From the NCBI GenBank assembly GCA_004022145.1, contig RCNU01000004.1: a stretch of 64,000 nucleotides of DNA; one strand, 5' to 3'. The position numbers and the translations under genes are program-made. This document shows, piece by piece, positions 1 through 12,726 of the stretch. The notes below the pieces were generated by a model. It was given only the letters and a program-made list of their open reading frames with translations, ran no database searches and was not told the DNA's origin. Within the stretch, counting starts at the first letter, position 1. The number at the start of each line of letters is the position of its first letter. This stretch comes from Paecilomyces variotii (lineage: Eukaryota).

Positions 1-2829
1 CTCGTCTTTAGTATCTATATGTGTTCATAATGGTAATTCGACTGTGACTCCTTGTCTTGGATTTTGCTTCTATGATCTTCTCCTCCGTACCCGCGCATGT
101 ACCAAGTATTGACTGTCTGAACGACGGGCTACTTCTGTCCCAGAGTGTATCTGATCCCACTTACCCTGGAAAACCCCGCAATGTAGGTGACATAAGTGTG
201 TTGTATGACGCTCTTAAAGTCCAAGTCCACATGTGGGTTGGTTATCGAGTGATCTGGATGTACGCCATCTTCCATGTTGGTATAGAGTCTCGCAGCTTAA
301 TTGACCTAAACACAGTCCTCCTCTGGCTGGCATATACTTATAACGACGGGCAGTTTGTGTGGTATGGCAAAAATAGTTATGGATGTCTTATTCCTTGGCC
401 GATCTCATTCTTCGGCACCTGGCAAGTCCAGTTGTTGTCTGCGGTCTCTACGTCGCTATTGCTGTGAGATTCCCCACGAATGGCTGATAAGGTCTTATTG
501 ACATCGGCCGGTCCGGCCGACAGTATGTTTACTATGAACTTCCGCATCAAGATGGCCAATCGCGCCTTTATTAACTCATCATATCGCCTCTCAAGGGGAC
601 AGGTGACCTCCTCTTCGCTCGTCTCAGATCGATTACAGAAGAATAAAGCAGCACCTCTTCCTGATCTTCATGGTTCTTGTCTTGCAATGGATTTCTGCAG
701 TGTCCCTGCTTGCAACAATACACGTCGCGTGCAATGCCAGGGCTGCTCCTCTTCTGCCCTGTGTTACATCGATTCTGTACTCGGGTATTTCCCAGGCGAC
801 CCGGATGGTCTGACAGCAATCCTTTTGATATCACTATATGTCATTGTATCCTCCCCTGGGCAGCCTGTGGTAATTAACAGGTCTTGCGTTGCGTCTTTGC
901 GTTCCCATGGATCTCCATCGGGAGGCTCATGCAATCGTCGGCACGAGTCTCCAGGAAGTTGACACCCAACGACGATATTTCTAAACGATCTACAAATTGG
1001 ACAGATTATGAGCATAACACTTGACTGACCCTATGAAATTAATGATATTTCAGTTCAGGTCGAATATCCAAGTGAGTAATGCGGGGTTTTTTAAAGACGA
1101 AAAGTTCATCCCATGCGCAGAAAAGGTGACCTCAACCACCTAACGCGGATATACGCAACTGGTATCAGAAATCAACAAGTCCTATATCACCAATGGAAAG
1201 TGCCATTCTTGGCATATCCCAAATCGGACTATGCGAACTGGAGACCGGATATGAACCGATGACTCAAGGCATGGTACGCCACCGTCCCCTGCCCAGAGAA
1301 AGTGGGTTCAAAAGAGAAACTTCCCTCGCAAGCTCGGTGGGATGCTCTTCACTCTGGCGCCCTTCTCCTGCTATATCGTCCGAGTCCTGTCACACTGCCA
1401 ACTCTGGAGTCATTCGAGATGTGCGACAGCGTCAAGGATCCAGATCCAGAGCATCAAAACTCTTCTTGGCGGGATTCACATTGATGCATTGTGTCTTATA
1501 CTCAAGGGGGATCCAGCGGCAGATATCTCTTTCTAATTTAGCGAAGACAACACAAAGTTGCAGCAGTGTTCTTGCGATTTATCGCCCCTCCCCCCATCCT
1601 ATCTTGTTCCTGTGACATTCATCTAACGTTGTCTCTCTCTCGCTTCCTGTATCCTCTCACAAAACGCTTCCCCAATACAATTTCCTCCAGTGACAGCTTT
1701 GAAAACATCTCCACAGCCAGAATGAAATTGTATCTACTTCAAGCAAGACTCCCGAAATTAGCATCCATCCCCCTCGTAAGCCTGCTGAGCACCAAGTCTA
1801 CCATAACCTCACGTATCTCAAATCGCGCTAGTGAACAATCAAGAACTTGAGAACGTGATCGACAACTAGGACGTCAGACACGATGTTATCTTTCACCGCG
1901 CCTCAATTTGGTGAGATGAAATACTGAACCACGCAGCGCAGTGGTGGGATGATAGCACCTCTACGGAATGGGAGTCGATATGTATGAACCAGAACAAATC
2001 AATAGGGCATTTGGATGAGTTGATAGACTGGTATATACCTTCTTGGTGTAGATTTTCCAATGACAAGGTGGGCATGGTATGGTAGGATGTGGAGTGTTGA
2101 TATACTAAAGTATATGTATGTATGTACATTGAAAGAACGAAATACACACACCCGCTCCCACGACGATGAGCCAAGACGAGTGTGATGTAAGTGGTGTGAT
2201 TTACATTATGAATCGAGTTATTTTCGTATCTTGAAATCTAGGTTCTTGTCCATGGTGGAATTAGATACATTTAATGAAGATTCCAAAGGCCACTTGCTGT
2301 ATATAACTATTACGGAAGACCCAAAATGTAGGTAATGGAGTCTGGTCACGCCATTGAACCAGAACATGAATAATAAGTAAAGGACATCACAGCGATTATG
2401 AGTGAACTGCGCTGTTGTTAAAGACCTGGTTATAGAGAATGGACTGTCTAACGCGATAAGATTGAAGATCTACTAAATATATAGGTCCCGGGGTCGGGGA
2501 AGTTGGATATTGACGATCGCAATCGAGAAGTCCCGCTCAGTTTCGCGGTAGTCGCGTGAGATATTCTATGATCTTGAACTCTAGCCGACTCCAGGAATGT
2601 AGAAGAAAAATTGTTTTGTTTTGGAAGTATTATCAATGCACAGAATACTGTACACGTGTAGAAGGATCTTTCATACCGAGAAGATCCTATAGAAATAAGA
2701 ACAAACAACACTGTCTATATGCAGTCATTATATCCCTGTCCCAGATAGGATCAGAGTTCCATATATATCAAAGACCCAGCGGTTTCAACCGCATCAATTC
2801 AAGCAAACGCCCAATTGTAACAATCGCTC

Positions 2830-3684
2830 TCAATTTCCAGCTGCGACAGGAGCAGCAGCAGCAGCAGCAGCTCCATTATCCTCTTCCATCTCCGGATCGA
2901 TCGTTCCCTGATCCTCCGGCTTGAGATCTCTTCTCGACGCGCTCATCCTCCAGTCTTTCATGGGGAATTCGAACGTTCGTGTAGATTTCCACGGATCCGC
3001 GTATATGCCCAGCCCATCATCGTCATCCCACGCATTGCTCTCCCACGTCTCGATCACGATATCCGACAATCTAGACGCATCGCCCTGAGCCTTCGCACGC
3101 GATGAGACTTCCATCGCAGCAGTTTGGGCCTCCTTGCCACCTTCCCACCAGAGACAGGATACCTTGTGGTCTCGCTTGAGTCGTCCCAGCGGGAACAGAG
3201 CTAGATCATAAAACGCATTCATGCGAATACCCTGATCGAAGGGTAGGAAGTATCGATTGAACGAAATACCACCAAATCCCTGGATGATCTCGATATAGCC
3301 CAGCGACTGCGCGGGGGGCTGCTGGACGAGCATGTGGCGCCAGCTCGCACCTTTCCGTAGAAAAGCATCTCTGTGCTCCTTACCGGCCAGCGGTAAGGTC
3401 TGGAGATCGGCATGGCAGAAATTCTGTCTGGGACCTTCGGGGTCGGGAAACCAGAGGGGGAAGAACTTGGCTAGTAGCGGATTCTGGACTCGTTGCGTGT
3501 GTGGCGGTGCCGGTTGGAAGAACAAGGCTTGCTGCAGGGTTCGTGAATAAGTGATCAGGTCATGCCATCGTTTACAGACGAGCTGAGCGGATGTCAGCAG
3601 CGTCTGCAAGTCGACTTGGAGCAGGATCGCCTCGAGGAGTTCTGTCGTGTGCAGAACATGTCTCCGGGCTTCTAATGATTCCAT
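2830..3684 (-). CDS. F-box domain protein
   Basis: Intronless 284-aa ORF with N-terminal TELLEAILLQVDLQTLLTSAQLVCKRWHDLITYSRTLQQALFF, the typical fungal F-box pattern. Short Ala run (CAG repeats on + strand) near the C-terminus. Confidence 0.85.
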   Translation of the reverse strand: MESLEARRHVLHTTELLEAILLQVDLQTLLTSAQLVCKRWHDLITYSRTLQQALFFQPAPPHTQRVQNPLLAKFFPLWFPDPEGPRQNFCHADLQTLPLAGKEHRDAFLRKGASWRHMLVQQPPAQSLGYIEIIQGFGGISFNRYFLPFDQGIRMNAFYDLALFPLGRLKRDHKVSCLWWEGGKEAQTAAMEVSSRAKAQGDASRLSDIVIETWESNAWDDDDGLGIYADPWKSTRTFEFPMKDWRMSASRRDLKPEDQGTIDPEMEEDNGAAAAAAAPVAAGN

Positions 3685-5564
3685 GGTGGAACGAAAGCAA
3701 GAGGTGAGTGATCAAGTGTCAATCAGTCAATCAGTCAACAGCAGAGACGAAGGGAAGAGCAGAGGAAGATGGCGACATGGCAGCTTTTTCAACAAAACAC
3801 CGTTGATCAGTTCTGAAGGCGCCGGGGAGAATTGGAAAAATCACCCGATAAGCTTAAGTGTCGCAATCCCACCAGATCGTCGTTCTTCGGCCCAACGACC
3901 GTCTTCATGCGCATTTGCCACCGCGTTCGAGCAACAGAATCGGATTCAGATCCAGCGATCAATCAAATAATAATTCAATAATAATAATAATACCGGGGCT
4001 GGAGATCTTCCCCGCCACGCATTCCAGTGCTTCTTTTGCTTTTGCTCCGGTCCGCGCCTGACCTTCCTCATGCGCGCCATCGCGTGAGATATTAATCTTC
4101 TTTCTTACCGAATCGCTCATGGTGCTGGTTATTTTTAACCTTGTTAAAAACTTAGCCTTCCATCGAAGAATTCTCGACGCCGTCGTTGCTGGTCCAGATG
4201 CGCACACTAACAGCTGGTGGATGACGCTACGGCTCGCGGAGACTCCGGGACCAGACTATCTATGACTATCTGAGACTATCTCGCTCTGATCGCTCCGTTT
4301 TCGTGCTTCTGGAACGAATCCAAGGGCGATCAAACAGTCAGAAGGACGACGATATCTTAATCGGGGTATCACCATGACCTCCAGTGGCGTGGGGGTTGTC
4401 CGATTATTATTGTTCGAGATGCTTGCTCTCTTCTTCAGCGTCCAAACTGGAAGAATTCAAAGAGAACAAGTTCCAGTCTAGTTAGATAGGCTGGCACTGC
4501 AGTATCACCTCGGTTGTAAAGAAACCCCGCTTACTATGCAGTGTTGGTGCGACAGCTGGCGCCATAGCAAACAGAATCAGAGGACATCAGATATTATTTA
4601 TTATTAAAACAGCTCAGTTACCCCTGCGATCATGGCTGGGGAAGATCCACGACTCTCGACAGGCCAACACCGACACGCGCCCTTGCAGAACAGGAGCAGC
4701 TGCACATCGTACTTTACACTTATCTAGCTAGCAGCATGTCAGTTTCCGGATAAGTCCCAGAACGGTGTATCAACACGCAATTGACCTCGCACAGCAGTTA
4801 AAAAATCTTTCAGTTGACGTAGTGATCTTTTTCTGCCAAAGCAAACGTCGTGCAACCAACATTACTCTTGTGGGTGGGCACTGATCCGGAATCGATAGAC
4901 AGACACTCAGAGCGGAACGGAAGCAGAGATTATACCATGAGTTTGACAAGAGCGGTGAACATATCAAATTCTGGGCAACTGGGCGTTTTTCGAGCTGACG
5001 TTTTCTATGCTTCTAGCATATGTCTGACCGGTCATTCTATTAGATCTTTTTGATAGTTACCAGCTTACTTTTTGACACGCGTACAGAGGAAACAGGACCG
5101 ACTTGGTTAGTCCGCATACCACAAATTGGAAAGTCTGCCGGGCTTACAATGTCAGATGGTCAACATCATGACATGACTCTGTGGTATTTATTATTATATG
5201 AGACTTGGCGATAAGTAGGTACTTAGGCTGCACCGCGCACCTGTGAAGGGTGATATTCAGACCGCTCTCGATGGCACTGCTATCTGAGTTGCAAGAGTCA
5301 CTCTTACCCTCCGAATTGTCCTTTTTTGACATGCCAGGCCGATCAAATCAATATTCCAATTGCAAGGTGATCGGACCTGATTCGAGGTTTGCCAAAACAA
5401 CGATACCAAGCAGCTAGCAGTTGATTTCATTCATACTTAGTGGATTCATGAGGCTTAGTTAGTATATAGTAACGGCGGATTATTCATTCCAACCACTAGT
5501 TAACCAGGCTGAAGAGAAAGTAGGAATCAAAAAATACAAGATCCAAGACATAGTTATATTATAC

Positions 5565-7578
5565 CTAATGCGTCATCCCCCTCGTCGCCGACTTCGTATG
5601 CAACCGTCCCAACCACGACTGCGACGTCCATCTCCTAATTCTCTTTCCGAAGATCATAAAAACCAACAACGCCATATTATTCGCCAACAACACCCCGCCA
5701 AAGATACCCGCAACCACCACCGCGTATCCGTTCGCCAGGATCCAATCGAGGAGATACGAACTCATCCCGAAGGAAATAGCTTGCTTGCCTAGATTCATCG
5801 CGATCAACATCTCAGATGTATTCGTGTAGTATGAATCGACAGCATATGCGAGCGTGAAGGTGAAGTAGAAGTAGGAGCCGAATTGGTCCATCGCGACGCC
5901 TGCGAAGTAGCCGATCCAGTGTAGGTCGCGCTGGGCTGTGAAGCCGTATAGGACTAGACCTGCGGGGGCAATGAGCATGGCGGGAAGCATCACGCCTAGA
6001 CGCATCTCGGCTTCGCGGATGCCGCCATTGCGCCGGGTGTAGTATGCTGCGAGGCGGTCGGAGCTGGAGGTGAATGGGAGGGCGAGGACGTAGCCGACTA
6101 TAGTGCCGACAGCGATGAGGCCGGAGCTAGTCTGTTGAGGTTGGTTATTTAATTTGCATGATAGTTTTGACAAGTGGTAGAGTGGCCATACCTCACTCCA
6201 GTTATATGGTGGCTGCGTGATTTTCAATGGGAAGGTGTAGTTGAAGGCCAGAGCCCCAAGGCCAATGTATATACCTAGTCCAAGTCAATGAGAAGCGCGC
6301 AACTATATCTCAAAGATGAAACATACCGAAACTCGAAATGACCCAGAAGACGGCCGGGACAAAGAAATAAGTGAACGACCTGAACATCGTGACGAAGAAT
6401 TGGGCATCTGGGTCAATGGAACTCCATGGTTTGAGAGTCTCGATGAAGGATTTGCGTTCGGGCAGCACAACCGGCGTGACGTTTTCCATTTGAGTTGCTC
6501 CCTGGATCTTTTCCTCACTCTCGTTCACGCTGGGCAGGGGAGATTCTGTTCCTGGTTCCGGTCGCTTGTAGGTTGTTTCTTCGACGATGAAAAATGCGAG
6601 GATGAGCAGTGCCGCGGCGAAGGCGCTCTCGACGTAGAAGAAGAGTCGCCATGAGTAACCACCTGCGAGCATGTATCCAGCATACAAGGGACCAGTAGCT
6701 CCGAGACAGAGGCAGACTATTACCTCCAACGTCAAAAACAAATTTAAATAATCTGGGGATAAATTACCATACCTGTATAGTATCCAATGCGCTTGCCACG
6801 CTCGTGTAGGAAGAAGATGTCGTTGACAAGTTGAACAGGGAGAGATTCACAGACTCCACTTCCGAACGCATGGAAGACACGGGCGACCATGAGACCACTA
6901 TAGCTGGTCGCGCGGGAGGCACCAATGAGGCCAGCAAGGAACTGGTTAAAAGCAAACGTTGGCGCTCTTATGCTTCGTGCTGGATGAACGAGAACATACC
7001 ATTGCCATAGAAAATAACGTCACAGGACGTCGCCCGATTTTCAGATATAGAGGTACTAAGACAAGGGAACCTATATCCTGTTAGCCTCAAATATTGCAGA
7101 AGCATATGACAAAAGGACGTACTGAAGCCAAACGCGAGGTTCGGATACGAGACCAGTCCGGAAGCCACTGCAGGAGAGATCCCGAATTCCTTGCTGTACA
7201 TAGTGATATACACTGATGGTCCGACCAGTGATGTATTTCCGAGAAACGAGTACACTGAGACGATGATCAGGATCATCGTTTTCTTCCAGTTCGGCCACTT
7301 CGATGTTATCAGTTTATCATTCGATGTTTCTGTAGAGTGAATCTCACCTGCAGGGGATCATTGGGATCATCAGCAGGCACCGGATAAAGTGCCTGTCCAT
7401 ATGCCGTATCATCTCCTTCCACTGCCCTCAGGTCAACAGTTCCCGGAACGTCTATTTCGTGCGCATGGCTAGAAATCAGTCAGTCCTTGAGACTGTCCCA
7501 AAATACCTCCTGCCTGCGAAGAGTATACCTATGCGCAAGATGCCTGTGGCCCTCCTGGGTTTCAATGTCCTTTGCCAT
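5565..7578 (-). CDS. MFS transporter (DHA1/HOL1-like), multi-exon
   Basis: ATG at 7578 (MAKDIE). Motifs YPVPADDPNDPLQ|WPNWKK, KIGRRPV, SWRLFFYV..EETTY and EAEMRLGVMLP, with many hydrophobic helices across GT-AG separated exons. Confidence 0.88.
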
Positions 7579-10519
7579 GGTGTCAAGATGTCCACTTCTG
7601 CGGATCTGAGCTGCACATCCTAGACAGCGGGTCTATCTGCTCTTTTAAGAAGAGTCCTGGGTGTTGATGGCCGTTCGTTCTCCCCGGATCGTCCCTGTCA
7701 TTCCCCCAGACGGCATCGCCTGGAAAACCAGCAAAAAGCTGCGGGGCCCAAGCCACGTGTGGGACGTTACGAGTTGTTCCGGCCTGTAAGGTTTAACTAG
7801 AATGACACGCGAGTACTCTGCAATCGAATCTCCTTTGCTGGTTGCGATATCCTGGGGGACCATTGGAGCCGGTGGCCATTCGAAGAGACCGCCAATCCCA
7901 GCTAACCCAACACCATTTCCTGCTATCTTTCCTTTGGAGACAGCTATTAATCAATCCATAGAAACTCTAGGAGACTGGAACTCATTCAACAACACGACTA
8001 AAAACGCCAAGTCCTCAAAGGCTGTTCTAGATTCCTCAACATCTGCCACAATTCGCCACGGACTACCTTTTCCCACTGACCATACGATTGAATAACCTTA
8101 TCCGGTGTCTTGGGACCATAACCCAGTAATTTGGGATTGACTTCAGGAGGTTTGTCTGGGACACTGGCGGAATTCCGATCTTGAAGATTCAAGGATTCTT
8201 GGAGCATGGCCTGTGCACTCTTGAGTCTGGGGTAATTCCCCGGATATGTGGAGAAGCTCAAAATGCGGGGACTATCAGTTCTCTTGATTAAAAAACCAAG
8301 CCAATATATCCCCCACATGGGGCCCCCTTGTAGCTTTGTCTGGCCCCGCAGATTTGATATTGACTATACTCTTGTCGGGGGTTCAACCGGTGATATGTCG
8401 TCATGGTTGTAGACATCATTAACAGTCTTCGTACTGGACATGGGATTATGGAGCTTGTCTATAGCAGACACATGAGCATGGAGGAGATGTTCTTCAATGT
8501 CCGATACGTAACCGTATACAGGCGCCTGTATTTATTGGGGAAGGCGCGCCGTATAGAAGACCTAGCCTCGTCTCTCATATCTAGTGACAAAATATTAGCA
8601 CGCACTCGGGAGAATTACTAGAAATAACTCGTACAGATCTTGTCCAATGGCCTTTACCAAGCCTGTAAAGTCGCCAGAGAGAAATAAATCCCTCATTAAT
8701 GGGGGAGCTATATAGCCGAGGTCGAAATGTCCTTATAAGAATATGTAATTCAACGGTGTGCTCGATGAGACCACAGCAACACAAAGAAATAATGGTAGCT
8801 ACGCTGTCAGGTTACCAGGTGACTTCAAGTCAGGTGGCTACGCTTCCCAAGACAGCAATGGGGCCTCAGGCAGCAGTTCACTGCCTTTTGTTTCCCACCT
8901 GCCTACTTCACCCTTTTAATCCACATCAGCCAGCTAAGAGTCTTGAGATGAATTGTCGCCTTCCAGCTCTATCTAGTCGATTAGATGATAGAATCGCAAA
9001 TTAACCATCTAGACACTATGAAGTGGAAAATTAAGGGTTGCCTCCCTCCCACGTGGAAGCCTGCTCTTGGTTTCGTACTATGACGAATATACATCAATCA
9101 TGCTGTAGGTCTAACTGATTATCACTTCAACCGCTCACTGTACAGACATAGACAGAGAGAGTTTCCGTAAGCTCAGGGAGATACAGATAGCCTGACAGCC
9201 TGACAACTGATCTTCCAGCAAGTTTTTATAAATTAGGTAGTTGCCTGATACGTTGACTAGAAAGGTGTTTCTACAATCTGTAGTCGAATCAAGGGCCAAA
9301 TGCTACAAAATACTAAATAGCCTCCCATTGATTAGAATCAAATCAACTGAATCAATACTTGTATTGTATATATATCATTGTGAATCGACGCAGATGGCGA
9401 GTCACTTTTCAAGTCCGCCCCCATGTTCATACTCCGGTACAACTGAATAAATACCAGCTCCTCCCGTCCGGTTTCGAACCACCGCACCGAAGAGTTCGGA
9501 ACTGGAAGTTTATTTCTTTAAAAAAGAAGGAAAAAATTAGCTTCTCTTTGATTGGGGGCTATGCCGACTAGACCAACAGCCCGTTGTCACTAATTGGAGT
9601 TCAACAACCAACAATATATAGTAAGCCTCTTCCTCCACCATTTTGGTCGCGCGTTCTAGGTTAATCGTGGTCTATTAGGATAATAGAATGTTGAACTACA
9701 CGTGGGGGAAATGCAGTTCTTAGAGAAATAAATACAATGCTCTTCGACTAGGCTATAGTTGCTTAGATAGAAAATCTTCGCATAGCTTACAATGGCTGAA
9801 GAGATTAAAGGGAAATATTTCTGCTTAACGCCTATAGAGAAGAGTAACATACGTGTTAAACATGTTAAAACAATATTATGCTAGATAAGACGTATCAGTA
9901 TATATGACGTCGAATACTATAGAAAGGAATGCTTAGACATGGGGTCTTTTTGACAGAAGTTCTTGAAAACACAAGCACGGGCCATGATACGACATTTCGT
10001 CAATACGTATATACATATCTCCAGGAATGAACGTATCTTTCTTTACACGGTACCTGGTTCGCTATCATTACCTTAGTTCATACAGGCCTCAAGGTCCACC
10101 AACGCCGAGAATCATTGCTACTTGTCATAGTGGTAAGGATCCATCTCAACAGAATCTGTGACTTCACAGAACATAGAGGCAGCCATCCACAAGCATTCAG
10201 CAGTAATCGTACAAACAGATACAGATAGGCAGTCAACACGTAAGAACGATTAGAATCACAAGCTGCAGTACACCTGTTTATAAACGCGTGAGACAGAAAG
10301 GTACATTGCCCGCACAATAGGAGCTTGGGGGGAAGGCAACACTTTTCTTCTCCAAGGGGTCGGACAAGCCGACGCCATTGATGAAAAAAAGGGTGAAGTG
10401 TAAGCCACATGGCACAGGGAGTTTCCAAAAATTGCTCTTCCGAAGAAGAGACGGAGCAGGTTAGCCTATCTATGACACAGTTAACGGAAGAAGAGAAGAG
10501 AAAATAAAAAAGAGGCGAA

Positions 10520-10537
10520 GGGGGGGGGGGGGGGGGG
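10520..10537 (+). repeat. Poly-G tract (18 G)
   Basis: Directly visible homopolymer. Confidence 0.9.
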
Positions 10538-10595
10538 TGATGCTCCATATTTATGCCCAGTGGACAGCAGATTTGAGTCTCGAAATGGAAAGAAT

Positions 10596-10638
10596 GATGG
10601 GAGCCTGCCTGTAGGCAGCCTACAGGCAGGCTCCCATC
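10596..10638. repeat. Perfect palindrome, 21-bp arms with 1-nt spacer
   Basis: GATGGGAGCCTGCCTGTAGGC-A-GCCTACAGGCAGGCTCCCATC; the arms are exact reverse complements. Confidence 0.95.
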
Positions 10639-11644
10639 GGGTTTCTCCCGCGCCTTCTAGATCCGGCCACAGAGATAAATAGGCTGAGCTAATAGTAGTT
10701 GCTATAGAATTCAAGCTCAGCGAGCTTCGCTCCCAGAAGGAATTGTGGGCAGCTAGAAGTGGCCACGAGAGAGCAACTTTCGGTAGGTACGCAGTACCCG
10801 TAGATACGGCACCTCAAGAAGCACGAATAAGAGTAGCATGGCAAAATCGCAACGCTCTGTCATTACTAGTATCGTTGGTAGGCTTCTAAAAATGTGGGAA
10901 GATCACGATCTCTAACTCAAATATATACGTTTCTCTTTCTTCGTTGTGTTAAGTAAATCAGTAGTTACAGGGAACTTGGTATGTCCTGGGCTCCGTAACT
11001 TGTCTCCATTAACTCCTCGCAGGCAATCGCATCGGGAGCGACTAGGACTTCATGGAAGAAAGTAGGCAAACATATGGGGACCAAAAGCCATATTGTGTGT
11101 CGATATAGAGTGAGCCTTGTATATACTGCAACTGGATACAAGCTTTAGATCCAAGCCGCTGACGAGTAATCAATTGCCACAAATATAACAGCTGGGCTGC
11201 ACTGATCCTATAATGTGGCGCATGAAGAACATGTGCATGATTTGCTTGTCGTATTATCTATTCGGACCACTTTTCGATTGTATAAACTTATTGCTCCTTC
11301 GTCATCAATAATTCCACATATGATGGTATTGAAAACAAGGTTACCTTTACCCCTCTGCATAATCCCCCCAACCATTCCACCGATCCGTCTAGGGATATAT
11401 GTGCGGTGATTATCAATATAATATCATGGCAGATGGACAAATAGACAGGACGTAGAGTGCACAGTCAGTCTGTAGCATCATTATACTGCCATACTAGATA
11501 AGTACTTATACGAGAACTCAAGAGTGTTAACATGTTGCTCTTACCACATAAGAGAATTAAGTTAATGAATTCCTCGCGTCGTAGACGGACTCTGGTACTC
11601 TAAAAAAGGTACCTCCCAGAACATTATTATGAAACTCATCAATA

Positions 11645-12081
11645 ACGTAATTCCCTACCGACCGGATCACCCGCCCAAGCGGATCAGTGCCGTATTACAT
11701 ACAAAATAGCCCTTTTTTAAACCAAAATATCTCAACAACCATATGTCTAGTATATATAATACTTAATATATAGCTTTCTATAATAGTAAACTTTTATATA
11801 TTAAGATTTTAGGCTCTAAAAATTGCTTATTATCCAGGTAATATAAATTACTATTATAATTTTCATAATTATATTCTATTTAAGATATCTAAAGAATAGT
11901 AAGACTTAAGCAGATAAAATTAGATATATATAATCTTAATAATATATATTTTGTATATATCTGTTCTGATAACCTTTAGATACTTGGTTGTTGAGATATT
12001 TTGGTTTAAAAAAGGGCTATTTTATATGTGATACGGCACTGATCCGCTTGGGCGGGTGATCCGGTCGGTAGGGAATTACGT
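11645..12081. mobile_element. Non-autonomous Tc1/mariner (Fot1/pogo, Vader/Tan1-like) MITE, 437 bp
   Basis: 97-bp TIRs (11645-11741 and 11985-12081) starting ACGTAATTCCCTACCGACCGGATCACCCGCCCAAGCGG, with only 2 mismatches (both CpA/TpA type). TA on both flanks (11643-44, 12082-83). AT/TpA-rich interior with no ORF. Confidence 0.93.
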
Positions 12082-12133
12082 TACTTACTCAGCTGACTAA
12101 TCTACACAACCACTCCTAGGTCCTGATATCATC

Positions 12134-12726
12134 GGGGTGCCAGCTCGGCGTGGTTCCAAAATCTCTCAGCGTGGTTCCAAATACTGCCGCTTTTTCCCGC
12201 CTTTATAACGCCCCACTGCTACCACGCTGAGATTTCTGGTCTAACCCTTTTAAAATGCTCGAACCACGCTGACCTATTTGGTTTAGTGTCATATAATTAT
12301 AGGTTACTAAGCATATACTAGGGATATACTTAACATATGCTTTATATAATTTTAGTGCATATACTATGTATATGTTTAACATATGCCCTTATTAGGGCCT
12401 AAAAGATTAGGGGTATTAGGGGTTTTAGGGATATTAGGGATTAGGGAATTAGGGGGTTTAGGGAGATTAGGGACTTAGGGACTTAGGGAATTTTTGATTA
12501 TATTTAATTAGGGAATTAGGGAATTAGGGCTTAGGGCTAGAAAGGTCAGCGTGGTTCGGATAGGCACTAAAATCTCATCGTGGTTCCAGAGAGTTTCAAA
12601 CCATGCCGAGCCTATGCCAAGAAAAAGCTCAGCGTGGTTCCAGTGATTGCTTTAGGAAGGCGGAAGAAATGGGCAGAATTCGGAACCACGCGGAGCTTTT
12701 TTGGAACCACGCCGAGCTGTATGCCC
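12134..12726. mobile_element. Non-autonomous Mutator-like (MULE) element, 593 bp, with internal TTAGGG array
   Basis: Perfect 9-bp direct repeat GATATCATC at 12125-12133 and 12727-12735. Imperfect TIRs beginning GGG: left GGGGTGCCAGCTCGGCGTGGTTCCAAAA, right (rc) GGGCATACAGCTCGGCGTGGTTCCAAAA. About 10 copies of a GCGTGGTTCC-like motif in the subterminal arms. Confidence 0.9.
12392..12536 (+). repeat. Degenerate interstitial telomere-like array
   Basis: 15 TTAGGG hexamers, all on the + strand, mostly with 1-3 nt spacers (TTAGGGAA, TTAGGGAC, TTAGGGC). Confidence 0.85.

Noticed and set aside
1440-1536. IHIDALCLILKGD resembling the HET-domain WIDALCI motif
   Set aside because: Single short match with no other HET motifs, and the opposite strand looks more coding-like.
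4253-4282. GACTATCT x3 short repeat
   Set aside because: Small slippage duplication with no further structure.
8480-8670. THSGELLEITRTDLVQWPLPS resembling the C-terminus of fungal HNH proteins
   Set aside because: Too short, flanked by stops, and no HNH core seen.
12134-12726. CRISPR-like reading of the repeated GCGTGGTTCC motif
   Set aside because: Eukaryotic DNA, mixed orientation and irregular spacing; explained as transposon subterminal repeats.
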